Shown: piece by piece, positions 1-7,905 of the stretch
Layout: the number at the start of each line of letters is the position of its first letter
How positions within the stretch are numbered: the first letter of the stretch is position 1
IMG/VR virus record: IMGVR_UViG_3300037851_001164
Coordinates: 3,904-67,903 of that record
Source: a virus
Strand: one strand, 5' to 3'
DNA length: 64,000 nucleotides
Notes under the pieces: model-generated
Databases searched by the model: none
What the model saw: only the letters and a program-made list of their open reading frames with translations
Told to the model about the DNA's origin: nothing
Made by a program: the position numbers and the translations under genes

Positions 1-18
1 CCCCATGACACCCGCCAT
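1..18 (-). CDS. 5' end of a probable Ash/Icd-like ORF running off the left edge (MAGVMG...)
   Basis: ATG at 18 directly after the C4-like RNA, the position occupied by ash/icd in P1/P4-type immunity loci; only 6 codons visible. Confidence 0.4.
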
Positions 19-19
19 G

Positions 20-109
20 GAACCGCGGGCGCAAAAAAGGCGCATCGGGTGAGCGCCTGGGCGCTCTGACTCGGGACGCCAATCCCGGCCGCCCCTGCGG
101 GGCGACGGG
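20..109 (-). ncRNA. C4-type antisense RNA (P1 C4 / P4 CI-like)
   Basis: Minus strand reads GTCGCCCC-GCA-GGGGCGGC, CGGGA-TTGGCG-TCCCG, GAGCGCC-CA-GGCGCTC, then GCGCCTTTTTTGCGCCC; the GGCCGGGATTGGCGTCCCG hairpin is the C4 hallmark. Confidence 0.75.
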
Positions 110-113
110 TAGG

Positions 114-142
114 AGAGTAGGCCGGCGAGCTCACCGCGTCAA
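114..142 (-). promoter_or_regulatory. Sigma70 promoter for the C4 RNA
   Basis: TTGACG (142-137), 17-bp spacer, TACTCT (119-114). Confidence 0.8.
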
Positions 143-178
143 TTCCGCCAGACTCTGGTCTCCCGGCCACCGCCACGC

Positions 179-709
179 TCACCCCTTCCCCCGCGCCAGC
201 GCCTCCAGCTCCGCGTCCGAGAGCCGGGACACGTCCACCCGGATGGCCTGGTCGTCCAGGCCCCAGGCCTTGCGCTCGCCGTCCTGTTTGCCCTTGAGCG
301 CGGCCACGTGGTCGCCGATGGTGTCTGCCAGGATCTTGGCCACCTTGGCCGCGCCCCAGTCCTCGGCCGCCTCGGCCTCCTCCGCGCGCCGGATGCAGCG
401 TTGGCGCAGCCCCTCCAGACCCTCCCACTCGCGCCGGTGGCGCTCGACGACCGCCGCCCGGCGCTCAGCCTCGGCATCCATCGCCGCGGCCTTTTCAGCC
501 TCGTGGCCGCCGGCCACCATCCCGGCCACCTTCTCGGCCACTTTGCGCCGGATAGCCGGCTCCACGTCCTGCGTCCAGCCCTCGGCCGCGGCCCGCTTCT
601 GCACCGCTGCCCGGCTCATGGAGTGCTTGCCGGCTACCGCGTTCAGCGACATGCCAGCCTCATAGTCGGCCCGCACCGCCGCCCACTGCTCGGCCGTCAG
701 CCGCGGCAT
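179..709 (-). CDS. Terminase small subunit-like HTH protein
   Basis: N-terminus W..VRADYEAGMSLNAVAGKHSMSRAAVQKRA..EGW is typical of TerS-like HTH proteins; helical C-terminus. Confidence 0.6.
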   Translation of the reverse strand: MPRLTAEQWAAVRADYEAGMSLNAVAGKHSMSRAAVQKRAAAEGWTQDVEPAIRRKVAEKVAGMVAGGHEAEKAAAMDAEAERRAAVVERHRREWEGLEGLRQRCIRRAEEAEAAEDWGAAKVAKILADTIGDHVAALKGKQDGERKAWGLDDQAIRVDVSRLSDAELEALARGKG

Positions 710-955
710 CTACCTGCCCTCCTCGCGCCGGATCACCACTCGTGCCCCGCTGCCCGGCACGTGCTCGGGCAGCGCGTGGCAGCGGTACGTCCCCACCGGG
801 GCGGCCCCGCAGGCGCACAGGGCGCTCGCCGCCCCCAGCACCTCGAGGTCGCAGTCCGCGCAGCGCACCGCCGGCCCCCTGGCCAGCACCCGGCCGCCGC
901 ACACCCGGCAGACGTGGTCCGTCACCCGCCAGCCGGAGACCGCCCGGGCGCTCAT
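710..955 (-). CDS. Small Cys-rich zinc-finger protein
   Basis: CRVC, CADC and CACG motifs; overlaps neighbouring genes in an operon. Confidence 0.6.
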   Translation of the reverse strand: MSARAVSGWRVTDHVCRVCGGRVLARGPAVRCADCDLEVLGAASALCACGAAPVGTYRCHALPEHVPGSGARVVIRREEGR

Positions 956-1566
956 GGCGCAGACCCTCCAGGCTGCCCCAGGAGCGCGAGCTGCACGGGG
1001 GGCGCTACCAGTGCACCACCCAGCCCGCCATCTCTGCGCCTAGGCCGGCCTGCGTCGCTCCTGCGGCGCCGGCCCGGCCCGCGCAGCCCGCCCAGCAGGT
1101 CCGGGTCGAGGCCCGGCGGCTGGCACGCGGCACGCCGGATCTGCGCATAGCCCAGCGCCATGGCCACCTCCACCACCCCGGTCACCGCACGGACCATCAC
1201 CGCCCCCGCCGAGGCCCACACCGCCACCGTGGCCAGCACCAGCCGCGGGCGCCCGCCGCGGGCATTGCGGCCACGCAGTACCTCCCGCTCGCGGTTGTAG
1301 CAGGACACGCACACCGGCCAGCCGGCCCGCGCGCGGATGAGCCGCGCGGCCCGCGCCCCGCAGCGCGGGCAGGCGCGCGACGGCGCCGGGGCAGGGGCCG
1401 GCTCCCCGGCGTGGCTCGCGCCCACCGCGCAGCCCCGGCACTCCCACAGGCGGCAGGAGGGGTCGCGCGCCTCGACCTTGGCCCGCTGGTAGAGCCGGGC
1501 GCAGCCCGCCGGGGTCAGGGTGAGGCCGCCGGCGTGGCGCTCGCAGCGGAAGGTCTGCACGGTCAC
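952..1566 (-). CDS. Cys-rich zinc-binding protein, possible late regulator
   Basis: CRGC, CPRC and CVSC motifs; ATGA-coupled to the next gene. Confidence 0.6.
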   Translation of the reverse strand: MTVQTFRCERHAGGLTLTPAGCARLYQRAKVEARDPSCRLWECRGCAVGASHAGEPAPAPAPSRACPRCGARAARLIRARAGWPVCVSCYNREREVLRGRNARGGRPRLVLATVAVWASAGAVMVRAVTGVVEVAMALGYAQIRRAACQPPGLDPDLLGGLRGPGRRRRSDAGRPRRRDGGLGGALVAPPVQLALLGQPGGSAP

Positions 1567-1574
1567 CGCGGTCC

Positions 1575-1925
1575 CTAGAACGGGATCTCGTCAGCGTCGA
1601 CGGGCGCACCGCTCGCGGCGCCGTTTCCGCCCCCGACCTGCCTCGGGCGCGGCTGGGCTGGCCGCTCCTGCCGTGCTGGCGCCTGGCCGACGCCGTGCCG
1701 GCGCCCCCGGGTCTCGTCGGGCGGGTCGAACAGGCTGGCGTAGACGCGGTCCTCGCCCTCCTTGCGCGGGATGGCCGCCAGGTTGGCCAGCGCATCGATG
1801 GTCACGTACTGGCGCCCGTCCTGGGCCTCGTGCAGCTGCCCGATGGTGCGCCAGCGCTTCTTCGTCTCCCCGGACGAGTCCTGGTACTCCCCGGTCGACA
1901 CGACCAGGTGCTTGAGAACGGTCAT
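1575..1925 (-). CDS. Phage single-stranded DNA-binding-like protein
   Basis: GEYQDSSGETKKRWRTIG beta-rich N-terminus, flexible linker and acidic DADEIPF tail. Confidence 0.7.
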   Translation of the reverse strand: MTVLKHLVVSTGEYQDSSGETKKRWRTIGQLHEAQDGRQYVTIDALANLAAIPRKEGEDRVYASLFDPPDETRGRRHGVGQAPARQERPAQPRPRQVGGGNGAASGAPVDADEIPF

Positions 1926-2869
1926 ACGTCACCTCGCATTGCTTGCCATTTTGGAGCTTCCGCCACACTCGGCCAGGGCATCGCGCCGCGCCCGGGCTGC
2001 GGCACGAGCTGTTGGCTCGGGCGGTCGAAGTACAGCCGCACCCGCCCCTCCCACTCGCCGTGGCGCTGCTTGACCACCAGCAGCTGCGCGTCGGGCTCCT
2101 GCGGGTCGCTCGCCTCACCGGCCTCGCACCGGCGCTCCTTGGCCTTGTTGCGGTGCACGATGAGCACGTTGTCAGCGAGATCCGTGATCTCGCCCGCGCC
2201 CTTGATGTCGTACTTGTCGGGCACGTGCTCCTCGCGCTCGCGCTTGCGGATGTGATGCACCAGGTGCAGGTGGATGCCGTGGGTCTTCGCCGCCCAGCAC
2301 AGCCGGTCGACGAACGTCTTCTGCGCCGGGTAGTCGTCGGGGGCCATGCCGCATTTGACCAGGCTGTCGATGACCACGTGGCGGATGCGCAGCTCCCTGG
2401 CCGCGTAGCAGACCATGCCGAGGATGCGCTCGGGCGCGACCGTGTCGGTCTGGTCGTAGATCCACAGCCGCTCGTCGGTCCACGCGAGCCAGCGCTGGAT
2501 GAACGCCAGGCTCGGCACCTCGCCTCCCGAGGCCTGGCGCAGCATCCTGGCGAGCGTCGCGGCTGGCGGCATCTCGAGCGATGCGATCAGCACGCTGGTC
2601 GCGGGCAGCAGCCAGAGCATCGTCTGGCCCAGCACCAGGGACTTGCCGTGGCCGTTGACCCCGGCCCAGATGGTGGTCTCCCCGGGCCGCAGGCGCAGCC
2701 TCGCCTGCGTCTCGCTCCACGGCAGTGCGTCGCCGTGCTGGGACACCCCGAGCAGCAGCCGGTCGCGGACCGCGTCGTACCAGTCCGAGGCCGGGCGGAT
2801 GAATTGCGACTCCTGAGCCCCGACGAAAGCCAGGAAATCGACGTCTTCGGGCACGGTACGCATGCTCAC
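1922..2869 (-). CDS. DnaB/T7 gp4-like replicative helicase domain
   Basis: Walker A GVNGHGKS, SLEM, Walker B VVIDSL, LVHHIRK, IKGAGEITDLADNV, KQRHG. Confidence 0.9.
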   Translation of the reverse strand: MSMRTVPEDVDFLAFVGAQESQFIRPASDWYDAVRDRLLLGVSQHGDALPWSETQARLRLRPGETTIWAGVNGHGKSLVLGQTMLWLLPATSVLIASLEMPPAATLARMLRQASGGEVPSLAFIQRWLAWTDERLWIYDQTDTVAPERILGMVCYAARELRIRHVVIDSLVKCGMAPDDYPAQKTFVDRLCWAAKTHGIHLHLVHHIRKREREEHVPDKYDIKGAGEITDLADNVLIVHRNKAKERRCEAGEASDPQEPDAQLLVVKQRHGEWEGRVRLYFDRPSQQLVPQPGRGAMPWPSVAEAPKWQAMRGDV

Positions 2870-4107
2870 CAGCGCTCCCAGTTGGCGTAGTCGTTACGCT
2901 CGGCCTTCGTGTCGCGGTCGTGCTTGTGCTTCCAGGTGCGCACCGCCGCCTTCCAGTCCCGCATCGGGCTCTTGCCCACCATCCAGCCCTTGGTGGCGTA
3001 GAAGTCCACGAACTCGCTGCCGTCGAGGCGAAAGCCGATGCTGCGCGCGTACTCCTCGACCTCGTAGGCGGTGGGGCGCTTCATCGACCTGGCACCGTTG
3101 ACGCCAGGCTCCGCGGCAGCCGCGGTCCCCGGGGTCGGCGCGTCCCCTGGCCGCTGGCGCGGCGTGCGCGGCAGCTCCGCGGGGCGCGCCCTGGCCTGGG
3201 CCAGGTGGTCGTCGATGAGCGCCAGCATCTCGGCCTCGCTGGGCGCCGGGCCCGCCGGTGCTCCGGCCGGCTGGCGGAGCGGTGCGGACGGACCCTGGGG
3301 AGCCCGCGGCAGCGGCTCTTCGGGGTTGCCTTCTTGCCCCGAAGGGGCGTCACCTACCTCCGGCGAGGGCGCAGCCCGAGACGCTACGGCCTCGCCCCCG
3401 GTCACGGTCCCGGTGGGTAGGGGGGGGCTATAGGGGGGGTTCTTGGATCTCCCTCTCCCTTTCTTAGCCGTGACAGGCCCGTGACAGGTGCGTGACTCCT
3501 CACAGCTTGTCACGCGTGACAGGTCGGTGACCGGCGTGTGACCTGGGCGCCCGGGATCGTCACTAGTCACCGGCGCCTCGCCGTGACCAGTCGCACCATG
3601 ACGCTCCCCAACCAGCTCTCTCAGTCTCGAGGTCGGCGTATCCCAGGACGGCACCTGCCCGCAGGCGCGCAGCACCTCGAACATGTGCCTGCGCTCGGCG
3701 CGCTCACGCTCCTTGCGCGCATTGGCAGACACCTGGGCGTCCTTGTAGCGCAGCCGCTCTTCCCACGCCTGCTCCACGATCTCCGCCACGGTGCGGTGGT
3801 ACAGCCGCCCGTCCCGGCACTTGATCCAGCCGCGCAGCGCCATCGCGCACACCTTGCGCCACTTCTTCAGGTCGCGGCCATACCCGGCCAACGCGGCCAG
3901 CACGCGCTCATCGTCCGGCAGGCTCCCGGCTGGCACCTGATGGAACGCGCGGCCCCACAGCACCAGTCCGGCGCGAAACTCGGCGTCGGTGGCCAGCGCG
4001 AAGAACTCGGAGTTGAACAGCCGGCCGAGATCTAGCTTCATCCACTGATAGCCTCTGAGGTCCACCTCGGCGGACACCAGCGGCTCGGGCAGCTCGGCCT
4101 GGCTCAT
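2866..4107 (-). CDS. Replication initiator (DUF1376/YdaU-like N-terminus, replisome-organiser C-terminus)
   Basis: WMKLDLGRL..SEF, VPAGSLPDDERVLA..AG, DGRLYH; C-terminal FVDFYATKGWMVGKSPMRDWKAAVRTW. Confidence 0.8.
   Translation of the reverse strand: MSQAELPEPLVSAEVDLRGYQWMKLDLGRLFNSEFFALATDAEFRAGLVLWGRAFHQVPAGSLPDDERVLAALAGYGRDLKKWRKVCAMALRGWIKCRDGRLYHRTVAEIVEQAWEERLRYKDAQVSANARKERERAERRHMFEVLRACGQVPSWDTPTSRLRELVGERHGATGHGEAPVTSDDPGRPGHTPVTDLSRVTSCEESRTCHGPVTAKKGRGRSKNPPYSPPLPTGTVTGGEAVASRAAPSPEVGDAPSGQEGNPEEPLPRAPQGPSAPLRQPAGAPAGPAPSEAEMLALIDDHLAQARARPAELPRTPRQRPGDAPTPGTAAAAEPGVNGARSMKRPTAYEVEEYARSIGFRLDGSEFVDFYATKGWMVGKSPMRDWKAAVRTWKHKHDRDTKAERNDYANWERW
3401..3602. repeat. GTGAC/GTCAC iteron cluster; candidate replication origin inside the initiator gene
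   Basis: GTGAC at 3470, 3481, 3492, 3516, 3527, 3538, 3583; GTCAC at 3401, 3509, 3559, 3566; two triplets at 11-bp period. Confidence 0.65.
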
Positions 4108-4589
4108 ACCATCTCCTCCAGCTCCGCACGCAGCCTCCTGGCCTCCAGGAACGCCTGGCGCTCGCGCTCCAGGTCCCGCGGCGAGAGGCGCTCCCCCCGC
4201 GCCCGCGCGCCCCTGGCGCAGGCGAGCACGGTCTCCTCGGCGCGCAGGCGCTGCTCGACGCAGGCGCGGGTGCGCGCCTGGTAGCGGTGGCGCCCGCCGC
4301 CCCAGGACTCGCGGTACAGGGCGCTGTCCGGGTAGAGCGCGCCCATGGTCAGGCCCACCGCGCCCAGCACGTCGGCCGGCGCGCAGCCGGCGTGGCAGTG
4401 GATCAGGATGATCCCGTCGGGGTCGAAGCGGATGGACAGCGAAGGGTCGTCATCGGCGTGCGCCGGGCAGCGGCAGGTGTAGTCGTCGGCACCCGCGCGG
4501 CGCACGCGCTCGAACCGGGCAAGGAAGTCCTGCCGGTCGATCATCCGCGGGCGCGGGGCGCTGACGTAGCGTGGCTGGCGTGCGCTCAT
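4104..4589 (-). CDS. Primase zinc-binding (CHC2-like) domain protein without TOPRIM
   Basis: CRCPAHADDDPSLSI...IHCHAGC; likely start MSARQ at 4589 (ATGA overlap). Confidence 0.75.
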   Translation of the reverse strand: MSARQPRYVSAPRPRMIDRQDFLARFERVRRAGADDYTCRCPAHADDDPSLSIRFDPDGIILIHCHAGCAPADVLGAVGLTMGALYPDSALYRESWGGGRHRYQARTRACVEQRLRAEETVLACARGARARGERLSPRDLERERQAFLEARRLRAELEEMV

Positions 4590-4795
4590 GCCCGCGCAAG
4601 CCCTCGCGCGCGCTCCATGCGCCGCACCTGCTCGGCCGAGCGCCGGGCGACCAGCCAGCGCTGGGCGGTGGCGGCCTCCTGCCGCGCCCGCGCCGAGGGC
4701 GCCGTGGCGAGCTCGACGCCGGCCTCCCGGATCAGGTCCTCGAGCAGCTCGTCGCGAGTGCCCAGGATCAAGTGCGGCAGCTGCCCGGGTCCCAT
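4586..4795 (-). CDS. Hypothetical protein
   Basis: Tiles the operon with an ATGA overlap; coding-like codon usage. Confidence 0.5.
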   Translation of the reverse strand: MGPGQLPHLILGTRDELLEDLIREAGVELATAPSARARQEAATAQRWLVARRSAEQVRRMERARGLARA

Positions 4796-4804
4796 CTCGC
4801 CGCC

Positions 4805-5071
4805 CTACCCGCGCGCCACCACCGGGCGCCGCGCCCAGATCTCGCGCACCCGCGCCTGCAGCTCCTCGCGCACGGCGCCGGGCGCGAGCCGCTCGATGGC
4901 CGCCCGGCGCCCGGCCCGCTCCGGCAGCGCCGCGATCTGCGCCGCCCGCGCGGCCAGCCAGCGCGCGAGGCACTCCCGCCGCTCCCGCGCCCAGCGCTCC
5001 TCGGTGGCTTGCACCGCGGGGTCGTCGCGCCAGCCCACGCCGCCCGTCCAGGTATCAACGCGGCCCATCAC
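4805..5071 (-). CDS. Hypothetical phage protein
   Basis: Fills the operon gap; helical, ERWARERRECLARW. Confidence 0.55.
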   Translation of the reverse strand: MMGRVDTWTGGVGWRDDPAVQATEERWARERRECLARWLAARAAQIAALPERAGRRAAIERLAPGAVREELQARVREIWARRPVVARG

Positions 5072-5270
5072 CGCACCCGCGCGCCGTCCAGGGCCGTGCC
5101 AGATACCAGCGCTGCAGGGCCCAGGATGCCTGCTCGGCCCGCACCCGCGCGGAGCGCTCGCGGCGCTCGGCGCGCAGGTCCTCGGAGCACCCGCAACGCG
5201 CAGTCCACACCGGGAGCCGGGTCGAGTCCCAGCGGCGGCGGGCTACACGCCGGGCCGTCGCCGGGGTCAT
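5055..5270 (-). CDS. Hypothetical protein
   Basis: ATG at 5270 overlaps the VRR-NUC stop codon. Confidence 0.4.
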   Translation of the reverse strand: MTPATARRVARRRWDSTRLPVWTARCGCSEDLRAERRERSARVRAEQASWALQRWYLARPWTARGCGDGPR

Positions 5271-5641
5271 GTCAGGTACTCCACCAGCACCGCCCGGCCC
5301 GCCTCCCAGCCGCGGCACACCTCGACGCGAAAGCCCTCGGCGCGCAGGCTCTCGATGGTCTCGCGCTGCTCGACCTCGACCCGTCCGCCCTGGCGGCGCT
5401 TCATCTCGATGTACAGCCCGTGATAGCCGGCCCGGGCGTGGGGCAGGAACAGGTCCGGGATGCCGGGGCGCACGCCCTGGCGCTGCAGTGCCCGGGCGGT
5501 GCCGATGTGGCGATGCCCGCCGTTGGGGATGGCGTGCAGGAGCTTCAGCGCCGGGTACGCGGCTTGCGCGAGCCGGGCCCACGCCACCAGCGCCTCCTGC
5601 TCGGCGGCCTCCAGCGCTTGCCCGCTCGATGGCCTGGGCAC
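5267..5641 (-). CDS. VRR-NUC domain nuclease
   Basis: HAIPNGGHR, GVRPGIPDL, LYIEMK, EQRETIESLRAEGFRVEVC. Confidence 0.88.
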   Translation of the reverse strand: MPRPSSGQALEAAEQEALVAWARLAQAAYPALKLLHAIPNGGHRHIGTARALQRQGVRPGIPDLFLPHARAGYHGLYIEMKRRQGGRVEVEQRETIESLRAEGFRVEVCRGWEAGRAVLVEYLT

Positions 5642-5646
5642 GGCCG

Positions 5647-5850
5647 CTACCGTCCCGCGCCGTCCCGGGCGGAGACCGTCGCGGGGCTCGCGCCGTCATG
5701 GCGCGTTGCCGCATGCTCGGCGACATGGGCGCGGATCAGCCGGCGCACGTACTCTGACAGGGGCCGGTCGTCCTCGCGGGCGAGCCGCTTCAGCGCCGTG
5801 TAGAGCTCGGCCGGGATCCAGACCCGCAGATCGTGATCGCAGGCCTGCAC
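5647..5850 (-). CDS. Ribbon-helix-helix (Arc/CII-like) DNA-binding protein
   Basis: LRVWIPAELYTALKRLAREDDRPLSEYVRRLI; start codon uncertain (GTG 5850). Confidence 0.6.
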   Translation of the reverse strand: MQACDHDLRVWIPAELYTALKRLAREDDRPLSEYVRRLIRAHVAEHAATRHDGASPATVSARDGAGR

Positions 5851-5883
5851 CTGCAGGCGCAGGCACCAACCGGAGGACCGTGC

Positions 5884-6174
5884 ATGACGCAGAAGACCTG
5901 GCCGCCCCGCCGCCGCGGGGTCAGCATCCAGATCGCCGCCGAGCCCGCCATCCTGGACTGCCCGGTGGTGGGCCACCGGGTCGCCCTGGTTATCGGCTAC
6001 CTCGCCTACCAGGCGCCGGCGACACGCGAGACGAGCGAGATGCCCGCCTGCTCGCACCTGGCCGAGTGCGGGCTCGCCAGCGCGGACACCGGCCGCCTCG
6101 ACCGCGAGCGGGCCGGGCGCGCCGGCTGCCCGCTGGCCGCGAGCCTGGGGGTCTGGCGGCCACCGGCGCGCTGA
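5884..6174 (+). CDS. Hypothetical Cys/His-containing protein, antisense to the cro operon
   Basis: GGAGG Shine-Dalgarno 7 nt before ATG 5884; high GC3 codons. Confidence 0.6.
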   Translation: MTQKTWPPRRRGVSIQIAAEPAILDCPVVGHRVALVIGYLAYQAPATRETSEMPACSHLAECGLASADTGRLDRERAGRAGCPLAASLGVWRPPAR

Positions 6175-6266
6175 GACGCTCATGCGGACTCCCCCCTTGG
6201 CCAGAAGCGACCCGGGATGCAGCCACACCCGGGGACCCGCTCGCCGCCCCCCGGAGCAGGCGCGGA

Positions 6267-6351
6267 TGGCCGACAGAGGAGGACTCGAACCTCCGACCCG
6301 CGGCCCCGGCGCCAGCTGGGCGGCAGGTCCCGGCGACCTGCCGGTCTGTCG
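6267..6351 (-). ncRNA. tRNA-like cloverleaf RNA with aberrant D arm and encoded CCA
   Basis: CGACAGA/TCTGTCG acceptor stem + G + CCA; T arm GGAGG-TTCGAGT-CCTCC; 8-9 bp hairpin in place of the D arm; 7-nt loop CTGGCGC. Confidence 0.6.
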
Positions 6352-6361
6352 GCAACAAGGA

Positions 6362-6616
6362 TCACGCAGCGGCCTCCCTGGCGCCAGCCGGCGCGGGCCC
6401 TGGGCCGTTGGCCGCGCCGTGCGCCGTCGGGCTGTCCTGGGCAGGCGGCATCCATTCGGCGGGAACCACGTCGGGACGCAGCAGCGCCAGCGTCTGCCGC
6501 CTGGCCCTGGGCACCCCATCATGCTGCCACTGCGACACCGCCTGCTTGGTGACCCCAAGAAGGCGCGCCACACAGGAGACCCCCCCGAGGCGCTCGATCA
6601 CGTTCGCGTCCGTCAT
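6362..6616 (-). CDS. cro: Cro-like repressor
   Basis: MTDANVIERLGGVSCVARLLGVTKQAVSQW HTH; divergent from cI. Confidence 0.85.
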   Translation of the reverse strand: MTDANVIERLGGVSCVARLLGVTKQAVSQWQHDGVPRARRQTLALLRPDVVPAEWMPPAQDSPTAHGAANGPGPAPAGAREAAA

Positions 6617-6623
6617 GGCGCTA

Positions 6624-6683
6624 GTCCAGCACACCGAACCCTCTCAGTCAAGCAGACTCACCCGTTTGTCCAGTAGGCTTGAC
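6624..6683. promoter_or_regulatory. OR: three 16-bp operators (6624-6639, 6647-6662, 6668-6683) with PR/PRM elements
   Basis: GTCCAGcacaCCGAAC, GTCAAGcagaCTCACC, GTCCAGtaggCTTGAC; TTGACT on the minus strand at 6651-6646; TAGGCT at 6674-6679. Confidence 0.7.
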
Positions 6684-6686
6684 GGC

Positions 6687-7397
6687 ATGACTATGGGGGA
6701 CCGGATCCGCGAGAGGCGCCTGCGCGCCAGGCTCACGCAGCTCGCCCTCGCGACGCGCCTCGGCGTGACCAAGTCGGCGGTGTCCCAGTGGGAGAGCGGG
6801 GACATCAAGACGCTCAAGGGCCCAGCGCTTGTCGCCCTGTGCCGGGAGCTCGGGGTCAGTGAGTCGTACATTCTGGACGGATCCGGGCCCGCAGCCAGAA
6901 CGGCACCGCCACCGGCGGGCCCGCAGCGGCGTGGCCCGGACAGCGCCACGCCGGCCACTGCCGCGCGCGACACCAGGCGGATCCCGGTGATCAGCTACAT
7001 CCAGGCCGGTGAGCCGCGCGAGGTGGTGGACGACTACGCGGCCGGCGACGGATTCGAGACCCTGGGCGTGGACCCCGATCTGGCCGCCAGGCTGGGCCCG
7101 CACGCGTTCGGGCTGCGGGTGGAGGGAGAGAGCATGCTCCCTGAGTTCCGGCCCGGGGACTACGTGATCGTGGATCCCGACGCACCTGTGCGCCCTGGCG
7201 ACATGGTGGTCGCGAAGCTGGAGCGCGATAACGCCGCCACCCTCAAGAAGTACCGCTCGCGGGGCGTAGACGCCGAGGACCAGCCGGTGTTCGAGCTGGT
7301 GCCCCTGAACGACGACTACCCGACCGTCACCGTGAGCGGGGCCAACCCCGGGCGGCTCGTGGGGCCCGTGGTGGAGCACCGCAGAAGGCTCAGGTAA
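6687..7397 (+). CDS. cI: CI-like repressor (HTH plus S24 autoprotease)
   Basis: GDRIRERRLRARLTQLALA..LGVTKSAVSQWESG; Ala-Gly site IQAG; LRVEGESM (Ser) and ATLKK (Lys). Confidence 0.95.
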   Translation: MTMGDRIRERRLRARLTQLALATRLGVTKSAVSQWESGDIKTLKGPALVALCRELGVSESYILDGSGPAARTAPPPAGPQRRGPDSATPATAARDTRRIPVISYIQAGEPREVVDDYAAGDGFETLGVDPDLAARLGPHAFGLRVEGESMLPEFRPGDYVIVDPDAPVRPGDMVVAKLERDNAATLKKYRSRGVDAEDQPVFELVPLNDDYPTVTVSGANPGRLVGPVVEHRRRLR

Positions 7398-7590
7398 GCG
7401 GCTCGTTGGGGCCGGTCGCGCCCCCCACCTCGCCGCGCGCCGCGCTGATACTCCCGGGCGCCGGCGCACTCACCTGCCCGTGCCCCCCTCCCTCTTCGTG
7501 GCTGCCTGCCCGCCGGGTCGCCAGCCACGGCACCAGTCGATGATCCCGATCTGCCGGCGCGGTGTGGGCCGGGCGCGGCACCACAAGGAA

Positions 7591-7630
7591 GTTCGGCTCG
7601 CTTGACTCTCTGGTGTTCAGTATGCTGTAC
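7591..7630. promoter_or_regulatory. OL: two operators (7591-7606, 7615-7630) over the PL region
   Basis: GTTCGGctcgCTTGAC and GTTCAGtatgCTGTAC match the OR consensus GTnCAG-N4-CTGnAC; TTGACT at 7602. Confidence 0.7.
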
Positions 7631-7737
7631 TACCACTCACCGCCCCGCTGCATACCCGCCGCGGCGAAGCGTCGAGGCCTGGAGCCGGGGTGCCAGGCCG
7701 GCGGGGTGGAGCCGGCACAGGGTGAGCGGAGGACAGC

Positions 7738-7905
7738 GTGGACGAGCAGACGATGTTGTGGCTGGTGGTCATGTCGGCGTTCTTCACCGGCAGCACCCTG
7801 GGCCTGCTGGCCGGGGCCCTGCTGGCGGGCGCGCGGCGCGGGGACTGCCTGGGCCGGGACGAGGACGAGGTCGCGGCCGTGACCGACCGGCGGAGCGAGC
7901 AATGA
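7738..7905 (+). CDS. Small single-TM membrane protein
   Basis: GGAGGA SD, GTG start, hydrophobic stretch MLWLVVMSAFFTGSTLGLLAGALLAG. Confidence 0.55.
   Translation: MDEQTMLWLVVMSAFFTGSTLGLLAGALLAGARRGDCLGRDEDEVAAVTDRRSEQ

Noticed and set aside
6267-6351. Canonical tRNA-Ala(GGC) or tRNA-Sec
   Set aside because: No conserved D-loop or U8, mismatched anticodon stem, and no UCA anticodon; kept as tRNA-like only
5460-6686. 645-aa ORF-track version of cI
   Set aside because: The upstream extension overlaps cro and other genes; the HTH begins at ATG 6687
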